DNA of 63,629 nt, counting the filler. It is 12 parts of 12 records of this genome, joined end to end, with 100 filler letters (N's around TTAATTAATTAA, not from the genome) between each part and the next. Parts side by side here need not be neighbours in the genome. Positions count along the whole stretch, not along the records: positions 44,382 to 50,528 come from SRR15195285_1493; positions 50,629 to 54,567 come from SRR15195285_1496; positions 54,668 to 59,804 come from SRR15195285_1500; 9 more parts are not named here. One strand, given 5' to 3'. The notes beneath the pieces are model-generated. The model had not been told where the DNA came from. It saw only the letters and a list, made by a program, of their open reading frames with translations, and did no database searches. Numbering within the stretch: position 1 is the stretch's first letter; every line of letters begins with the position of its first letter. The position numbers were made by a program, and so were the translations under genes. Positions 47,344-59,699 of the stretch are shown one piece after another.

Positions 47344-50300
47344 TCACTGGAAAATAACAGCTCCCTCGCCTCTGTCATCCGCGACCATGCTCTGCGTATG
47401 AACCACGCCTGCTTTCCACGCTGCCACTGTCACATTCTCACCTGGCGTTCCACCGGTCAGCTTCGCTAAAAATCCTTCCGCGAGATCGAACATCCAGCCT
47501 CGCTGCACAGACACAGGTGTAAGCTTCCCGACCTCCCCAAGGAAAGCCCAACCACCAGAATCACTCAGTACAGGAGAGCAGACCACGTATTTGTAGTCGC
47601 CATCTAGCGGTTTCATCGCTGTGAGCACACCTGCCTGCTCGCTAGTCCCACCACTCTTGGTACCTTTAACGAGCGTGGCACTCGCAGCAGGATCGCTGTG
47701 CTCCCAGATCACAACGTCAGCTTCGGGTGATAGAGGCGGGTAAAGGTCTGTGCGGAGAAGATTGGCACCGTTCAGGGAACCAGGAAGCTCAGCAATGCCA
47801 AGGGCGTAGTACCAGACATTCCCAGCAGTTGCGGTGTGGGTCGCCAAGATCTGCGCGTGAGATGGGAGGGAAGGCCGGCCTTGAACACCGCAGGTTGAAT
47901 TGGAGCGGCAGAACGAGCGATCAATCGCCGCTAGCGGAAGAGAGGGCTTCAAGATCAAGCCATCCGACGCGCAGGTTGCCTGAATCAGACTAACATTGTT
48001 GTACCCAAGCGCGTCAGAAAATCCGACTGGTCCTGTGCTAAGTGTGGCCACCAAGGCGTGAAGAAAATTGTCAGAGGCATTGCGGCTGCCCCCATCGCAT
48101 GCTGGCGCTCCATCTGGTGATTGACTGCGTCGGTGTGGCTGGTTGGCAAGCGACTGCCAGTTGTCCTTAGATGGTGCGATGCCCACGCTGCTAAAAAAGG
48201 GCGCGTTGCTCCCGTACTCCAAGAGATTTCCAGTCGGGATCTGGTAGTCACCACTGGCTCTGCCGTTGGTAACAGCAGGAAGTGAGAGCGCGTTTAGAAA
48301 CGCAGCCGGATGAGACATGCAGTATTGCACAGAAATGTTGTTTGCTGCGGCAGCGTCTGCCATTCCATCGAGCCATCCCTTGCTGCCTTCAAGCTGCTCC
48401 ACAAACGGAGCAAACCACTGCGTCTGGTCTTGCAGAAAGTCGACCTCGTAGTTGCTCATCCTATGCGCAGCATTGGTACCATCAAAATGAAGATTTAGTC
48501 AAGCTCTGAAGCAATGGGGCTGGCTCTGAATCTGAATCTGCATACGCTCAGAACTTACGGCACACCCTCAGCGTGATGATGTAAAAATATGTCGGAATAA
48601 AGCTGACGTGACGACTCGTAGGTGGCCGGGTCCGCATCATGCTCCTTCTCCAGAGTTGAATTGACGAAGCTAATGTTTGTCTTTGCGTACACATTATCTT
48701 CACAGAAGAATGGCCCATAGAGATGATAGGTGATCTCTTTTGGCAGACTGGGAAGCCCGCTGGGAAATAATGCTGGCTTGGGTGAAAGCTCCTTCACGCA
48801 CATATGGTCGTGCGAAGCTGTTTCATCGCCGACATACCACCAATCGTCGCTTTTGTGATGCCAAACACACACCACGAGCGTGTTAGGTGCAACTGTGCAC
48901 AAGAAGCCAGGGGGCTGCGGGATAGACGCACAGTTGTATGGTGTGAACTGGTAGCTGGAGCGCTTTCCAACTCTCGATGAGCTGCACCAGGAGCTCATCT
49001 ATCCTCCCGTGCGCCAATTGATCACACACAGGATTTTTCGCGCCATACATGTAGTAGTACGCGCCGCTGCGTTTTTGCAGGTACGGTACAGCAAGGCATA
49101 CAGGAACGAATAATCGCACAGACAACACTTACGATGATGCACACAAAGAAAGAAGTGCTTACTTGTCAGTCCAGTACGACAGATGACTCAGGGCCTTGTC
49201 CGGGTTGCGCTTAGTCTTGTATGCAGTGCGCATCGAGTGTCCCCAAGACTGTAACGTTCCTGTCACGCCACTCCCAACTCGTAGAACTGTGGAGTGATTA
49301 AATCCGCTGGGCAGTTCGAGTACTTGCGAGCTAATCCCAACAGACCACTGCCACGACGACGTTATGTCGCCATTACTGTGGCCGTCGCTGCCGCTGTTAT
49401 ACAGTGGGCTGTGCGATGGGCATCCAACCTCTCGGTCGGAAGAGTGAACATACCCAGTCACACCACCCACAGCCCAGCACGTAGTGCGCTCGCCGGGCAC
49501 ACGCGCCCACGCCTCACAGGCCTTGCCATGCGTGGAGCACAGTGCGCAGCACTCTGCGCGGGTAAGATTATCCTTGTGGCCGAGGTCGACCTTCGGATTG
49601 CCGGTGACGTCGGTCTGTTCCTTCACCTCTGCGCAACCTGCAGAAGCCGAGCACACGAACTTGGGGCCTGGCGGTGGAGCGGGCGGCGGGCCGGTGGTCG
49701 TGGATTGGGAGGTCGCTAAGAAATTTTCGAAGGGCGAGACAACCAACGAGCGGAAGGCTTGCTGCTCGTCGATCACCAGCACCGGCCCACCGTTCGCTCG
49801 CGACACAGTAGCACTGCGGAGGTCGCCCAGCGAGCTCAGAGAGTGCTGGCTGAATGAACCACTCCAGGTCAGCGCTCCCAGCTGCTGCTCGCGCCCTCCA
49901 GCGCCAAACAGGGGAAACGCCAGCAGCTCGTTCGAGCGTGCTTCGCTGGCCCCACAGCGGGCCAGACCATCCGGCCAGTGCTGCGCAAACAGCGCAGTTT
50001 CGCCGTCCGCAAAGGTCTGGATGGCTGTCTCCACGCGGTCGCCTGCCGCTGACCAGAAGAATCGCACCTCGCTGTACTTTCCAAGCGTGGGATGCACCAA
50101 ACCGTCCGTCGTGGTGTGCTTTGTCAGCGTAAGCGGCGTCGGTGAGCCGGAGCAGCCGGCCAGCACAGGCGGCTGGCCGAGCAGCCAGAGCTCTGCGTCA
50201 GCAGCGGCAGTTGCTGGACGGTAGTCACCCACGCTGACGTTAAAGGCTCCCGTGGCTGAGTCGACTGACACGGACAGTCGGCTGCTGGGCGCCGGTGCGG

Positions 50301-50394
50301 CTTCAGGCGCGGTGCTCAGGGCGCCGCCACAGTGCAACAGCAGGGCCGTCGCCGAGAGCGCGTGCCTCAGGGTGGGGGTCAGCGAGCCCACCAT
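47344..50394 (-). CDS. Secreted glycoside-hydrolase-like protein (clan D / GH36-like TIM barrel suspected) with an inserted PAN/Apple-like module, multi-exon
   Basis: Signal-peptide-like N-terminus; spliced motifs YWTD|NGAYYY, IQL|DDWWY, YEVDF, QYCM, RASGDY and LSTGPVGFSD; Cys module ECCALC...CEAW...TCW. Confidence 0.6.
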
Positions 50395-50780
50395 CGCCGC
50401 TCGCTGCGGCAATCGCGCGATTTCGCGTCACAGTGCACGCGCACGGCGCGCGCACGCACGCCGCGCGCACAGCATGCATTGCCGCGAAAACGGGACCCCG
50501 TGCACTCAGACCGGCCGCGCGCCGCCGGNNNNNNNNNNNNNNNNNNNNNNNNNNNNNNNNNNNNNNNNNNNNTTAATTAATTAANNNNNNNNNNNNNNNN
50601 NNNNNNNNNNNNNNNNNNNNNNNNNNNNGCATGTATACATACATCTATTCTCCCGTGGGGGCGGCTGCTCATGCATATATAGGCTGTATACCAGGTAATC
50701 AAGGTGTGTGTGGCGCGCGCGCGCGCGGACGCTCGCCGCCGCGCGCGACGGAACCGTATCGGACGCGGACCGTTCGTGCG

Positions 50781-53700
50781 ATGGGCTGGTGTAGTACGGC
50801 AGTTGGGTCTCGTCGGCCGATTGCGATCTTCGGGGGCCAGGGTGCGCCAGGAGGACAGCTCAAGGAGCTGCGGACCGTCGTCGCGGGTGCGTGCCCGAAG
50901 TTGCATGATTATGCACAGTTCTGAACTCACCCTCCAATTTCCCATACTGATTTCAACTTCGAATTGATTTCCTGTACTTATGCTCCAGCGAGGTGCCAAC
51001 ATCCGTCGCCTTGAGTCCTAGCTCGTCTCCTTAGAGTCTGCCCTGTCTCCAATATCGATCCAGTGCTTTTTTGTCAGCGCTGAACGTGTGTCAACTTTTC
51101 CACGACAGGGAGTGCTGTGGTGCGGCGTTTCGTGTCCGTCGTCGCGCAGGAGCTGGAAATCGAGGCAGCAGCGGTTCGCGCGCAGATTAGAGCAGCGCAG
51201 TCAGCGACTCCGGGTAGTTTAAACGAAGGGGCGTCTCTGTTTGAGCACGGGTTTGATGTCCTGCGATGGGCACAGGGCTCAAAGGAAGATGGGATGCCTT
51301 TGTCGTACCTCAATAGTGTTGCTGTCAGTATGCCGCTGACACTGGTGATCCAGCTCGCGACGTACCTGTTTTGCTGGGAAAAATGCGACAATGATTTCGG
51401 GCTGAATGGCGAAACGTTTGTTGATGGCGCCACGGGACACAGTCAGGGTCTAGCCGCAGCAATGGTTGTTGGTCTTGGGTGCACGCTGGACAACTTCCAC
51501 AAGGAAGCGATACGCTTTGCCAAGGTGCTTCTGCACTTCGGCGTGCGTGTCTCTGCTCAGGTTCTCGCAGCGCCGCTGTCAACGCCAGGAGATTCCTGGA
51601 TGTTGGCGGTGCTGAAGCTGCAGCGCGCCAATTTAGAGCACGCGGTTGCAGTTCACAACGCTGATCTGACCAACTGCGAAGCCACGACTCGCGGCGCTGC
51701 GTCGGGCATGACGCGCGAAACAGACGGGGTATCTGATGCCAGGCGCGACCGACGGCCTCCAACTACCGGAGCAGGGGGGCAGCTGGATGTTGCCGTGTAT
51801 AACGGACCAGCAGCACACGTTGTGGCAGGCCATCCAGCAGCACTGGTACAATCTTGCCCAAACTCTCGAGACCATTTGAAATCAATCTCATTCTGAGCAG
51901 TAGTGTACCGTTGTGACAGGCGTCGCTGTCGAAAACGCTGTCTCGAGATTATCGGGGAGCATCCGTGCGACTCCTGCCAATACAGGCACCGTTTCATAGT
52001 GCAAGGTGGTTGAGATGTGTGCCGGCTCAAACCATGGACATTCTGAGAGCGCATGGCTTGTTGAGCAGCCGAGAATCTCTTTCGACAAATCCAGGCAACT
52101 TGCCGATGGCTGCTGCCTCTAATGGAGTGATCACCAGCAACTTACAACGCTCGATACCAGTGTGGTCCTGTGTGAGTGGAAGACTGCTCGGAGACGCAAC
52201 TAGTTCAGCGGGAACAGTCGCAGGGAGGGTGGTAGCACAACAACACGATCCAATTGAAGATCTGGTGCTTCATCTACTCGACTCACTTGCCCTGCAGCCT
52301 GTACAGTGGGAACAGACAGTGCAATGTGTAACATCTACCACCGGGCAGAGGGATGAGCAGGCTTGGGCGCTCGTGGATTTTGGACCTGGCGGAGGTTGTA
52401 ATTTGCAGGCAGTGACGGTGCGCCTACTGGGCAACGAGTCTGTGGCGTTGTATTTTGTCGAAGCCTTGGCTCTGGGTTCGAGCTGGCTGGACTGGGTACG
52501 TGGTATTGAACCGTCCGGTGGCAAGAGTCACGAAGCAGTACTGGATAGCAAAGCGCAGACAAAAGCTGCCCAGCAGTCAAAGAATGCACGGCGGCAAAAG
52601 ATGGCAGCGCGCGCTCTGGTAACAATTGAAAGCGATCACGATGGTTCAGGCGCACATTCATGGTGGGCGTGTTCTTTGGTCTGCGGTGCAATGGGTCGCC
52701 CACAACCTTTGCGACTAGAGTCGCTACACGAAGCTGCAGCTGTGATTTACGCGTCTGCATTCAACGATAGCACTCAACAGGTAGATGGCGTTGACGTGGC
52801 ACGTGCCGAGCGGTGCCTGCAGGCACAGCCGTCGCAAGTCTTCCTGCTTACACCATATCAAGCACATTGGATGGGCCTCCAAATCAGAACTTCGACGGCA
52901 CTGGCAGCAGGTGATACTATGAGCAGTAGCGTTGTCAGTGCAACAGATGGTCAACCGCGTGGGTTTGAAGAGCAGCCAGCTGCAGCAGACGTGGATCTGG
53001 ACAGCCAAGAAGCTACGACGGACCAGACCAGGCCATTAGCTAGATTAGCAGTTCCTGCAGAACACTACTCTGACGAATACGTGTATTCAGTCCAGGCGCT
53101 TATGGAGCGTCGTGATCGGTCTTTCCGCAAGGCTTGCCGCAGAATGGACGCCGTCCTCCTAAAGGAAAACCTACAGCTTTCTGTGCATACTGGTGCAGCA
53201 GTGACAAAGGCACTAATCGGGAGTTGCATGCGATGCCGCAATGTATGGGAGCGCCTGCGGGCTGCAGACAGGTTGAACGATGATCACGGGCAGCAAGCAG
53301 AGGATGGGTCAGGTGACAGCACACATGGCAACGATGCAGGCAAACGGTCTACGAAGCCGCCTCCAAAGCGTAACTACTATCTAAGCTCGCTGATGAGCAG
53401 GCGGCTACTGAAAGATGGCCGGCCCAACCCAGACGTGGCGATCTTTGTGATATTGCGCTCCATGTCGCGATCGCCAAACGCAGCAACGTCGGAGGCACAG
53501 GAGAAACAGGCTACCCCTACGGAGCTTGTCGCAGCCTATTTGCTCACCGAGCGGGTCGGCAGAACAATCGTGTCTGTTGACGGTGTGCACGACTACAGCG
53601 TAGAGGATTCGCGCGCAGACCCGTCCGCATGGTTGCTGCATGTTGCTTCAAAATGGTGGAGTGAGAGTTGCGATGACGCTGCCACCAAGCCAGTGTGGTT

Positions 53701-53812
53701 CAATGACGGGCCGGTGCCTACCCCAGGACTTCTAAGATACAAGTCACAGTATCATGGACAATTGCAGCACCTGCTTTCACTGAAGCTGGTTCACGGTAAA
53801 ACCGACTCGTAG
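50781..53812 (+). CDS. Type-I-FAS-like starter acyltransferase (SAT/AT) fused to a C-terminal DUF2156/GNAT-like domain
   Basis: AIFGGQG, SMPLTLVIQLATY, GHSQG, NGP, APFHS, PVQW and DFGPG; C-terminal EYVYSVQALM...FNDGPVPTPGLLRYKSQYH. Introns at 50887-51108 and 51846-51919 join the three exons in frame. Confidence 0.75.
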
Positions 53813-53915
53813 TCATCAACGGATACATTTGACAATTCTTGTAAACCGGTACATGACTGTGCTAGGCGTGATGTAATGATGACGAGGATGGTGCCACGAT
53901 GGCCTCGTGTGTCAT

Positions 53916-54390
53916 TCAGGGGCTGTTCGGGTTGCAGTCGTTCGGCATCGGCAATGAGATAGCGTCTAGGCTTGCCATCTCTTCGTCCGTTAAAGCGAAA
54001 TTGAAGAGGTCGAGGTCCTGGTGTAGAGAACGTTTGTTATACCAGCATTTGGCAAGACGCACTGGATGTCATTGCACTGTAGCCATGAATCGTATAGTAT
54101 TGTAGGCTTCGTCCTTACCTCTACGATGTAGTCCTCTCGGCCCGTTGCTGTGGTGAACGGGTGCCCATGCTGCACCAACCAGCGCAATGCTATCTGTGCA
54201 GTTGACTTCCCTGCGTGCTGAGCACAAGGAAACACTTAGCCGTTAGACGGATAGGTAGAAGAATGGACAGCAGACAGGACTCGCCACCTTGGTGCACGTA
54301 CCGCGTGGGCAATGGCCTTGAGCTGTGGGTAGTCCAACACCGACTTCCCACCAATGTCTTTCCCACCTAGAGGAGAGTACTGTCGATTGC
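53916..54390 (-). CDS. Aldo-keto reductase, 3' part only
   Basis: YSPLGG, KSTAQIALRWLVQ and DLFNFALTDEEM; the 5' end is lost at a (CCTG)n contig end. Confidence 0.85.
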
Positions 54391-54667
54391 GCATACACAT
54401 CCCACAGTAAAGAAGAATCACGAGGGCTGATTCATGTGTGCGCCGATGCACGGCAGCCACAAGCGCAACAACAACCTATTCTTCTCTCCCTCTCTCCCTC
54501 CCTCCCTCCACCCGGTTGGCGTGTGTGTCTGGTCTAGCTTCCTGCCTGCCTGCCTGCCTGCCTGCCTNNNNNNNNNNNNNNNNNNNNNNNNNNNNNNNNN
54601 NNNNNNNNNNNTTAATTAATTAANNNNNNNNNNNNNNNNNNNNNNNNNNNNNNNNNNNNNNNNNNNN

Positions 54668-54696
54668 AATCAGAATCAGAATCAGAATCAGAATCA
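54668..54696. repeat. (AATCAG)n hexamer repeat at contig start
   Basis: Direct reading, about 5 units. Confidence 0.9.
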
Positions 54697-55241
54697 GGGA
54701 TGGAACTTTGTGCGAACACAACTTTGCCGGGACATTACAGTCTCGTACGCACGCTACTGACCACCCTCTGAGTACAGCTGTAGGAAGTTCCTACCACGAG
54801 CTTGGCTCATCATGCCCGGCTTGTTCATACTCTAGTAGGATAAACAGACAGTAACAGGATCCATACCGGGTAGGATAGACAGTAACAACATCATATTACA
54901 GACGGAGTCGGGAGTGTCGTCATGAACAGTTCGCGAGTTCGGACAGTTAGGAATTCCTACTATTATATGATACCGGATAGTACTGTACTGTAGTTGAGTT
55001 GCGCGTGGAAATGGCGTTCCCATCCACGCGCCGCTGTTGAGTGCCCTTGGGGTTACAAAGTGCTCGCCCTCTTTTTGCTGCGCCCCGGCTCGCAGAGCTG
55101 CGTGGGGAGCGAAGGGGAGGGCGGTGTGGCGGCGCTGGCAGAGGCTGGATTGGCGGCTGTGCTTGGAGAGGGTGTGCTGTTCGTGACCGCGTGTCTCGGT
55201 GTTGCGAGGGAGAGTGCGGTCGGGGCTTCGTAGAGCGCAGG

Positions 55242-58200
55242 ATGCCACGGCAGCCACCGTCGTTGGATGACTTGAGGCCGCCGCCGCAGCTGGATGGGCC
55301 GCCAGCGCCGATTGCACGGCCGAGCACGCCGCCGAGGAGGGCGGGGCTGATGGCGCCGCCGCCGCTGGATGGACTGGCGCCGCCAGGTGAGATCTTCCCC
55401 CGGGGCAAGCCTCTCTGTCTGTCCTTCCGCCCGCCTGTCCGTCCGCGTCTGTCTGTCCGTCTGTCCGTCTGTCCGTCCGTCCGTCCGCCCGTCCGTCATT
55501 CTTTCCAGACTTGTGCACTCACGCCGCGCTGTTGGAATGGCGGGCGCACTGGCAGTCGCAGCCGCAGCCGCCGCCCCGTCGCTGGCTCCGGTGGATGAGA
55601 TCGATCTGCCGCCCCCAGTCCTGGCGGTGCCCGAGAACCTCGACGAGTTCAAGGGCATGCCGGACCCGGGCGGCACGCTGGCAAGAGCGCTGGTTGTGAT
55701 CGGCCACAACCCGGTGATGAACGTCCCCGAGCACCAGATACAGGTCCGCGTACGAACAATCGTTGACGTGGTGGCGTACAAGCCAAGCCCCGGTGGGCTC
55801 GGGGACGCGAGCTGGTACAACTCGCCGGAGTCGCAGTGGTGGACGGTCCGCCGCGACGACGGAAGGGTCGGAAAAGTGCCGATGACGAGCCTCGAGCTGA
55901 TTGAGGAGATGCAGAAAGACGGCGAGTTGAAGCCCGTGGCACAAGTGGGGACGGGCTACGGCAGCGCCGACAGCGACAAAACCAAGAACGCGTCTTCCCA
56001 AGGGGAAACTTGGGTCATGCCGCCCAACGAGTGGAACGTCGGCTGCTGCGGTCGGATCAAGAAGATACTTGGCTCCCTCAAGTACAACGAGTGGAGTAAA
56101 TGGGCGCAGCTGTTCGCGTTCTACGTGGTGCTGTTTGAGGGCCTGGCCGTCATTGTCTGGGACTTCAACGAGAACAATCGACTGGAGGATCATTGCAGCG
56201 TTGAGGGCGGCACCTGTGAGGATAACGGCACGATGCCATGGGACTACGGCTACTGCGGCTATAGCACTGCGCTGCTTGCAGCTGCTGATGGCGGCGCCGG
56301 CGCTGATGGCGGCGACGCAGGTGGTAGGCGCCTGCAAACAGACGAGTTCTCTACTGCGCAGTTTGTTTACTGCGGCCACGAAGTCGGCTCTATCCATGTG
56401 CTCATCTCTCTTGTCACGATGGGAGGATACGGCGGTTTCATCTTCATCGAGCGCAGTTTCTTTGGCGCTCCTGATGACGCCACATGGGCGGAGAAAATGA
56501 AGGCTCCCGGCCCTCCCAAGGTGCTGCGCTTCTTGGTAAATGTCGCAGTCTCGGTGCTGCTCATGTTTCAGCCTTCTCCCGGCAGGCTGGCGGGTTGCTG
56601 CACTACTGCAGTGGCGTTGCTTTCGCTCGGCGCAGTGGCACGCGGCAGCGCCGATCCCTCCGTAATGTACACGATTGAGCAGAACCCGGTGCCGCTTTTT
56701 TCGTTCCTTCGCTCGCTGTGTCTGAAGGACAACAGTTCTGAGGACAGCAAAGCCGCTGCTGCGGACGCGGTGCAGCAAGAGAAGGCCCTCACGACCATGC
56801 AACAGTGGAAGGCGCACGATCGTTTCTCGAAGATCATATTTATGATGGTTTACGCTGCGATCAACGCTGTGCTCTGGTTACACTGGGCGTATAATGCCTG
56901 GGTGCAAGTTACGATCGGCTCTCCGCACGGTACGGCAGAAGAGAATAGCAGACCGGGCTGCGTGTACCCCGATTCCGATACTCCCTGTCTGAAGCCAACA
57001 CGCCTGAGCAGCCTCTGGATTCCCATTGCCAAAGGATGCGGCCAGTTGCTTAACTTCAATTGCGCCCTAATTGTCATTCCGGTGATTACGGAGCTGCTGC
57101 ACTATCTGCATGACGTCAAGGTCAAGTCTGCCCGCGACGTCGATCACACTTCGACGCACGCTACCAGTGAGACCACAATCAGCAAGTACGTGCCTCTCGG
57201 CAAAAACATCACTTTCCACCGTTACATTGCATACATGATCGCGGGCAACGTCTTTGTGCACACCCTGGCACATTTCTTGAACTACAGCATCCACCCGGGT
57301 GAGACGCGATCTGCATACGACATCACGAAGCTGCAGTTTCTTCCAGAAAGTTTAGGCGTCATCCGCGCGTTGGAGGCGTGGTACACCGGAGTGATTATCA
57401 TCGTGTGCATGATCTGCATGTATAGTGCTGCGCAGGAGAGCGTGAAACGAGGCTGCTTCAATTCTTTTTGGTTCTCGCACCACCTGTTCTGTGTGTTCTG
57501 GGGATGCCTACTGATTCACGGTCCTCGCTTCTGGTATTGGTCGGTGGTTCCTTTGTTCGCCTACTTTCACGGTCGCATTCAGCGTGACCGGTCCCAAGTC
57601 GATAAAGTGGTCCTGGAGGAGGTTGTGATCGAACCGCCGAACGTTATTAAGATTGTCATGAGAAACCAGCTTGACCAGGCTACCGACACCCGAACCCTGT
57701 GGAAGTACGGTTCGGGCATGTACCTGAAGCTGTCTTGTCCCTTCGTTTCGCCATTCGAGTGGCACCCCTTCACGATATCTTCTGCCCCGGAAGGCCCCTG
57801 GCTCACCTGCCACATTAAGGTCACGCGCCCTGGCTCCTGGACGAGCAACCTCAAGAAGTTTCTGTCAGCGTTCAACCCAGAGGGCATGAAAACGCACGTC
57901 TTCTACACGAAAGACAAGTCCGATATGGGCATATGGCGTGCGCCCCTGAACAACATCGAGATGCCAATGCTGAAGGTCGACGGCCCGCACTCCGCCCCGT
58001 GCCAGCACATCTCGGAGTTTCAGCACGTGATATTGGTAGGCGCGGGAATCGGGCTCACACCTTTCGCGTCAACCCTGATGAGTCTCATCGATTATAGGTG
58101 GATAAAGAAGACGCCAGAGTTTCCACAATCATGCTACCTGCACTGGTCCTTCCGCATGACAGAGTTCTCCAATTTTGCTTGGTTTGTTCGGCTTCTAGCA

Positions 58201-58947
58201 GAGGTGAGGGCGCGCTACATATCCCAAATGGTCAAGGCCCAGCGAGATGGATCCGCGTTTCAAGCGACGAGGCTCCAGATATTTTTGTACGACACAAGCC
58301 GCCCGAAGGATGACGAAGCCAAGCGAAAGAATGCGACAGAGATCATGGGGTGTGCGACATGTGTTGTGCCCACAGCAGACTACGACCGGTACGCAGAGAG
58401 GAGAGTCAAAGCCGTCCGGAATTACCATCCGAAGGACCCGATGGAGTCGGCTCAACTCAGATTTGATGCGGGTGATGTGATTGACTTGATTTCATCTACT
58501 CGCACCAGCGCGTTGCTTGAGAAAGATCCGTACCTACACGGCCAGCTGCTCGTTTCGCCAAACAATTTACAGTTCCTCCAGAAGAAGGGTTGGTTTGAGT
58601 CTGAGTACGTCAAAGAGTGCTGCGTCGACCACAGCGATATCGATTGCAAACTATGCAAGATGGTGCGCTACGCATCCGTAGCGCCCAGACACGAGTTGGA
58701 GATGGCTGAAGTCCAGGGCAAAAGGGGCTTAGACGGTTTCGACCAAGGCGTGATGAAGGTCCGCTTCGGCCGTCCGAACTGGGACATCATCTTCCCTCAG
58801 GCAAAGCAAGACCACGCTGGGAGCCCGATTGGAGTGTTCTGCTGCGGGCCCATGGGCAAAGCGCTGCGTGCCGCATGCGTCAAATGGTCCGAAGTTGGCC
58901 CCGACGGCAGCGACACAATCTTCAAGCTGCACGCCGAAGTCTTCTGA
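55242..58947 (+). CDS. NADPH oxidase (NOX family) with Pro-rich N-terminus, SH3, extra TM block and an inserted second SH3
   Basis: Haem histidines FHRYIAYMIAGNVFVH and SHHLFCVFWGCLLIHG; FAD motif EWHPFTISS; NADPH motifs VDGP, GAGIGLTPF, FGRPNW, GVFCCGP and terminal HAEVF. Putative exon 1 is 55242-55386 with intron 55387-55555; an alternative start is the ATG at 55537. Confidence 0.92.
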
Positions 58948-59339
58948 GGACGATCCTTGCCTGCTCGGAACCCAGAGCACTGTAATAAATATGTACAGCC
59001 AGGCTTGTAGACGCTTGATTAAACAGCCTCTTGCAGCTTCACCACATTTGGACAATACAACATGATGCATTGCAGTGAAGGTTACAACCAGTTGGATAGT
59101 CCAGCTAGCTGTGGTTCAGCGAAGGGCCTCAAGCATCTTCGTTCATCTTGAGTCGCAGGAGGTATCGCATGCGCATCATCCTGCCTGACGTCGCAAACAA
59201 TGAATTCGTTGACAGTCACCGACGTCTTTCCAACCTTGGTCTTCGCCCAACGGAACGACGAAACCGGGCGGATGTTAGAAGTTGAGACAAAGCGATGAGT
59301 ACGAGTGCCACATCGCTGTGATTGCATTGATTGCCTGCA

Positions 59340-59699
59340 CTACACATCGTCATGACCAATACGGTTTGGCTTCTCCTGATCAACGGTTGGCTCCGCGGCT
59401 GCCATAATAGTGCCGGAGCTATCAACCGTACTGGCTCGCAATGGGTTATCCATGTGGTCGTGCTCGCGCACATCGCCAGGTAAAGAGTCGCCTTCCGTAC
59501 TGCAACCAGTACTCCGAGCATCACTATCTCCATCAATATCTCCATCACTGCAAAGCGCCTTGGCCAACACCACCAGTTGCGTAAGCACGATCCCCAGCCC
59601 AATCAGTGCTGCGAAGAGCTGTACGCCTTCACTTTCGTCCATCAGACAGATCGCAGCTACCGCGTAGCTTAGCAGTTGCAGGGCTTGCGCAAGCACCAT
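59340..59699 (-). CDS. Small hypothetical membrane protein
   Basis: 119-aa ORF with two N-terminal hydrophobic segments and an acidic tail. Confidence 0.4.
   Translation of the reverse strand: MVLAQALQLLSYAVAAICLMDESEGVQLFAALIGLGIVLTQLVVLAKALCSDGDIDGDSDARSTGCSTEGDSLPGDVREHDHMDNPLRASTVDSSGTIMAAAEPTVDQEKPNRIGHDDV

Noticed and set aside
54668-54696. (AATCAG)n as a telomere
   Set aside because: Only about 5 units, not a telomeric motif I recognise, and many contigs here end in assorted microsatellites.
55519-56817. Long antisense ORFs (also 29183-30091, 44693-45577, 10063-10803, 49484-50224)
   Set aside because: They are shadow frames opposite well-supported genes in GC-rich DNA and show no motifs.
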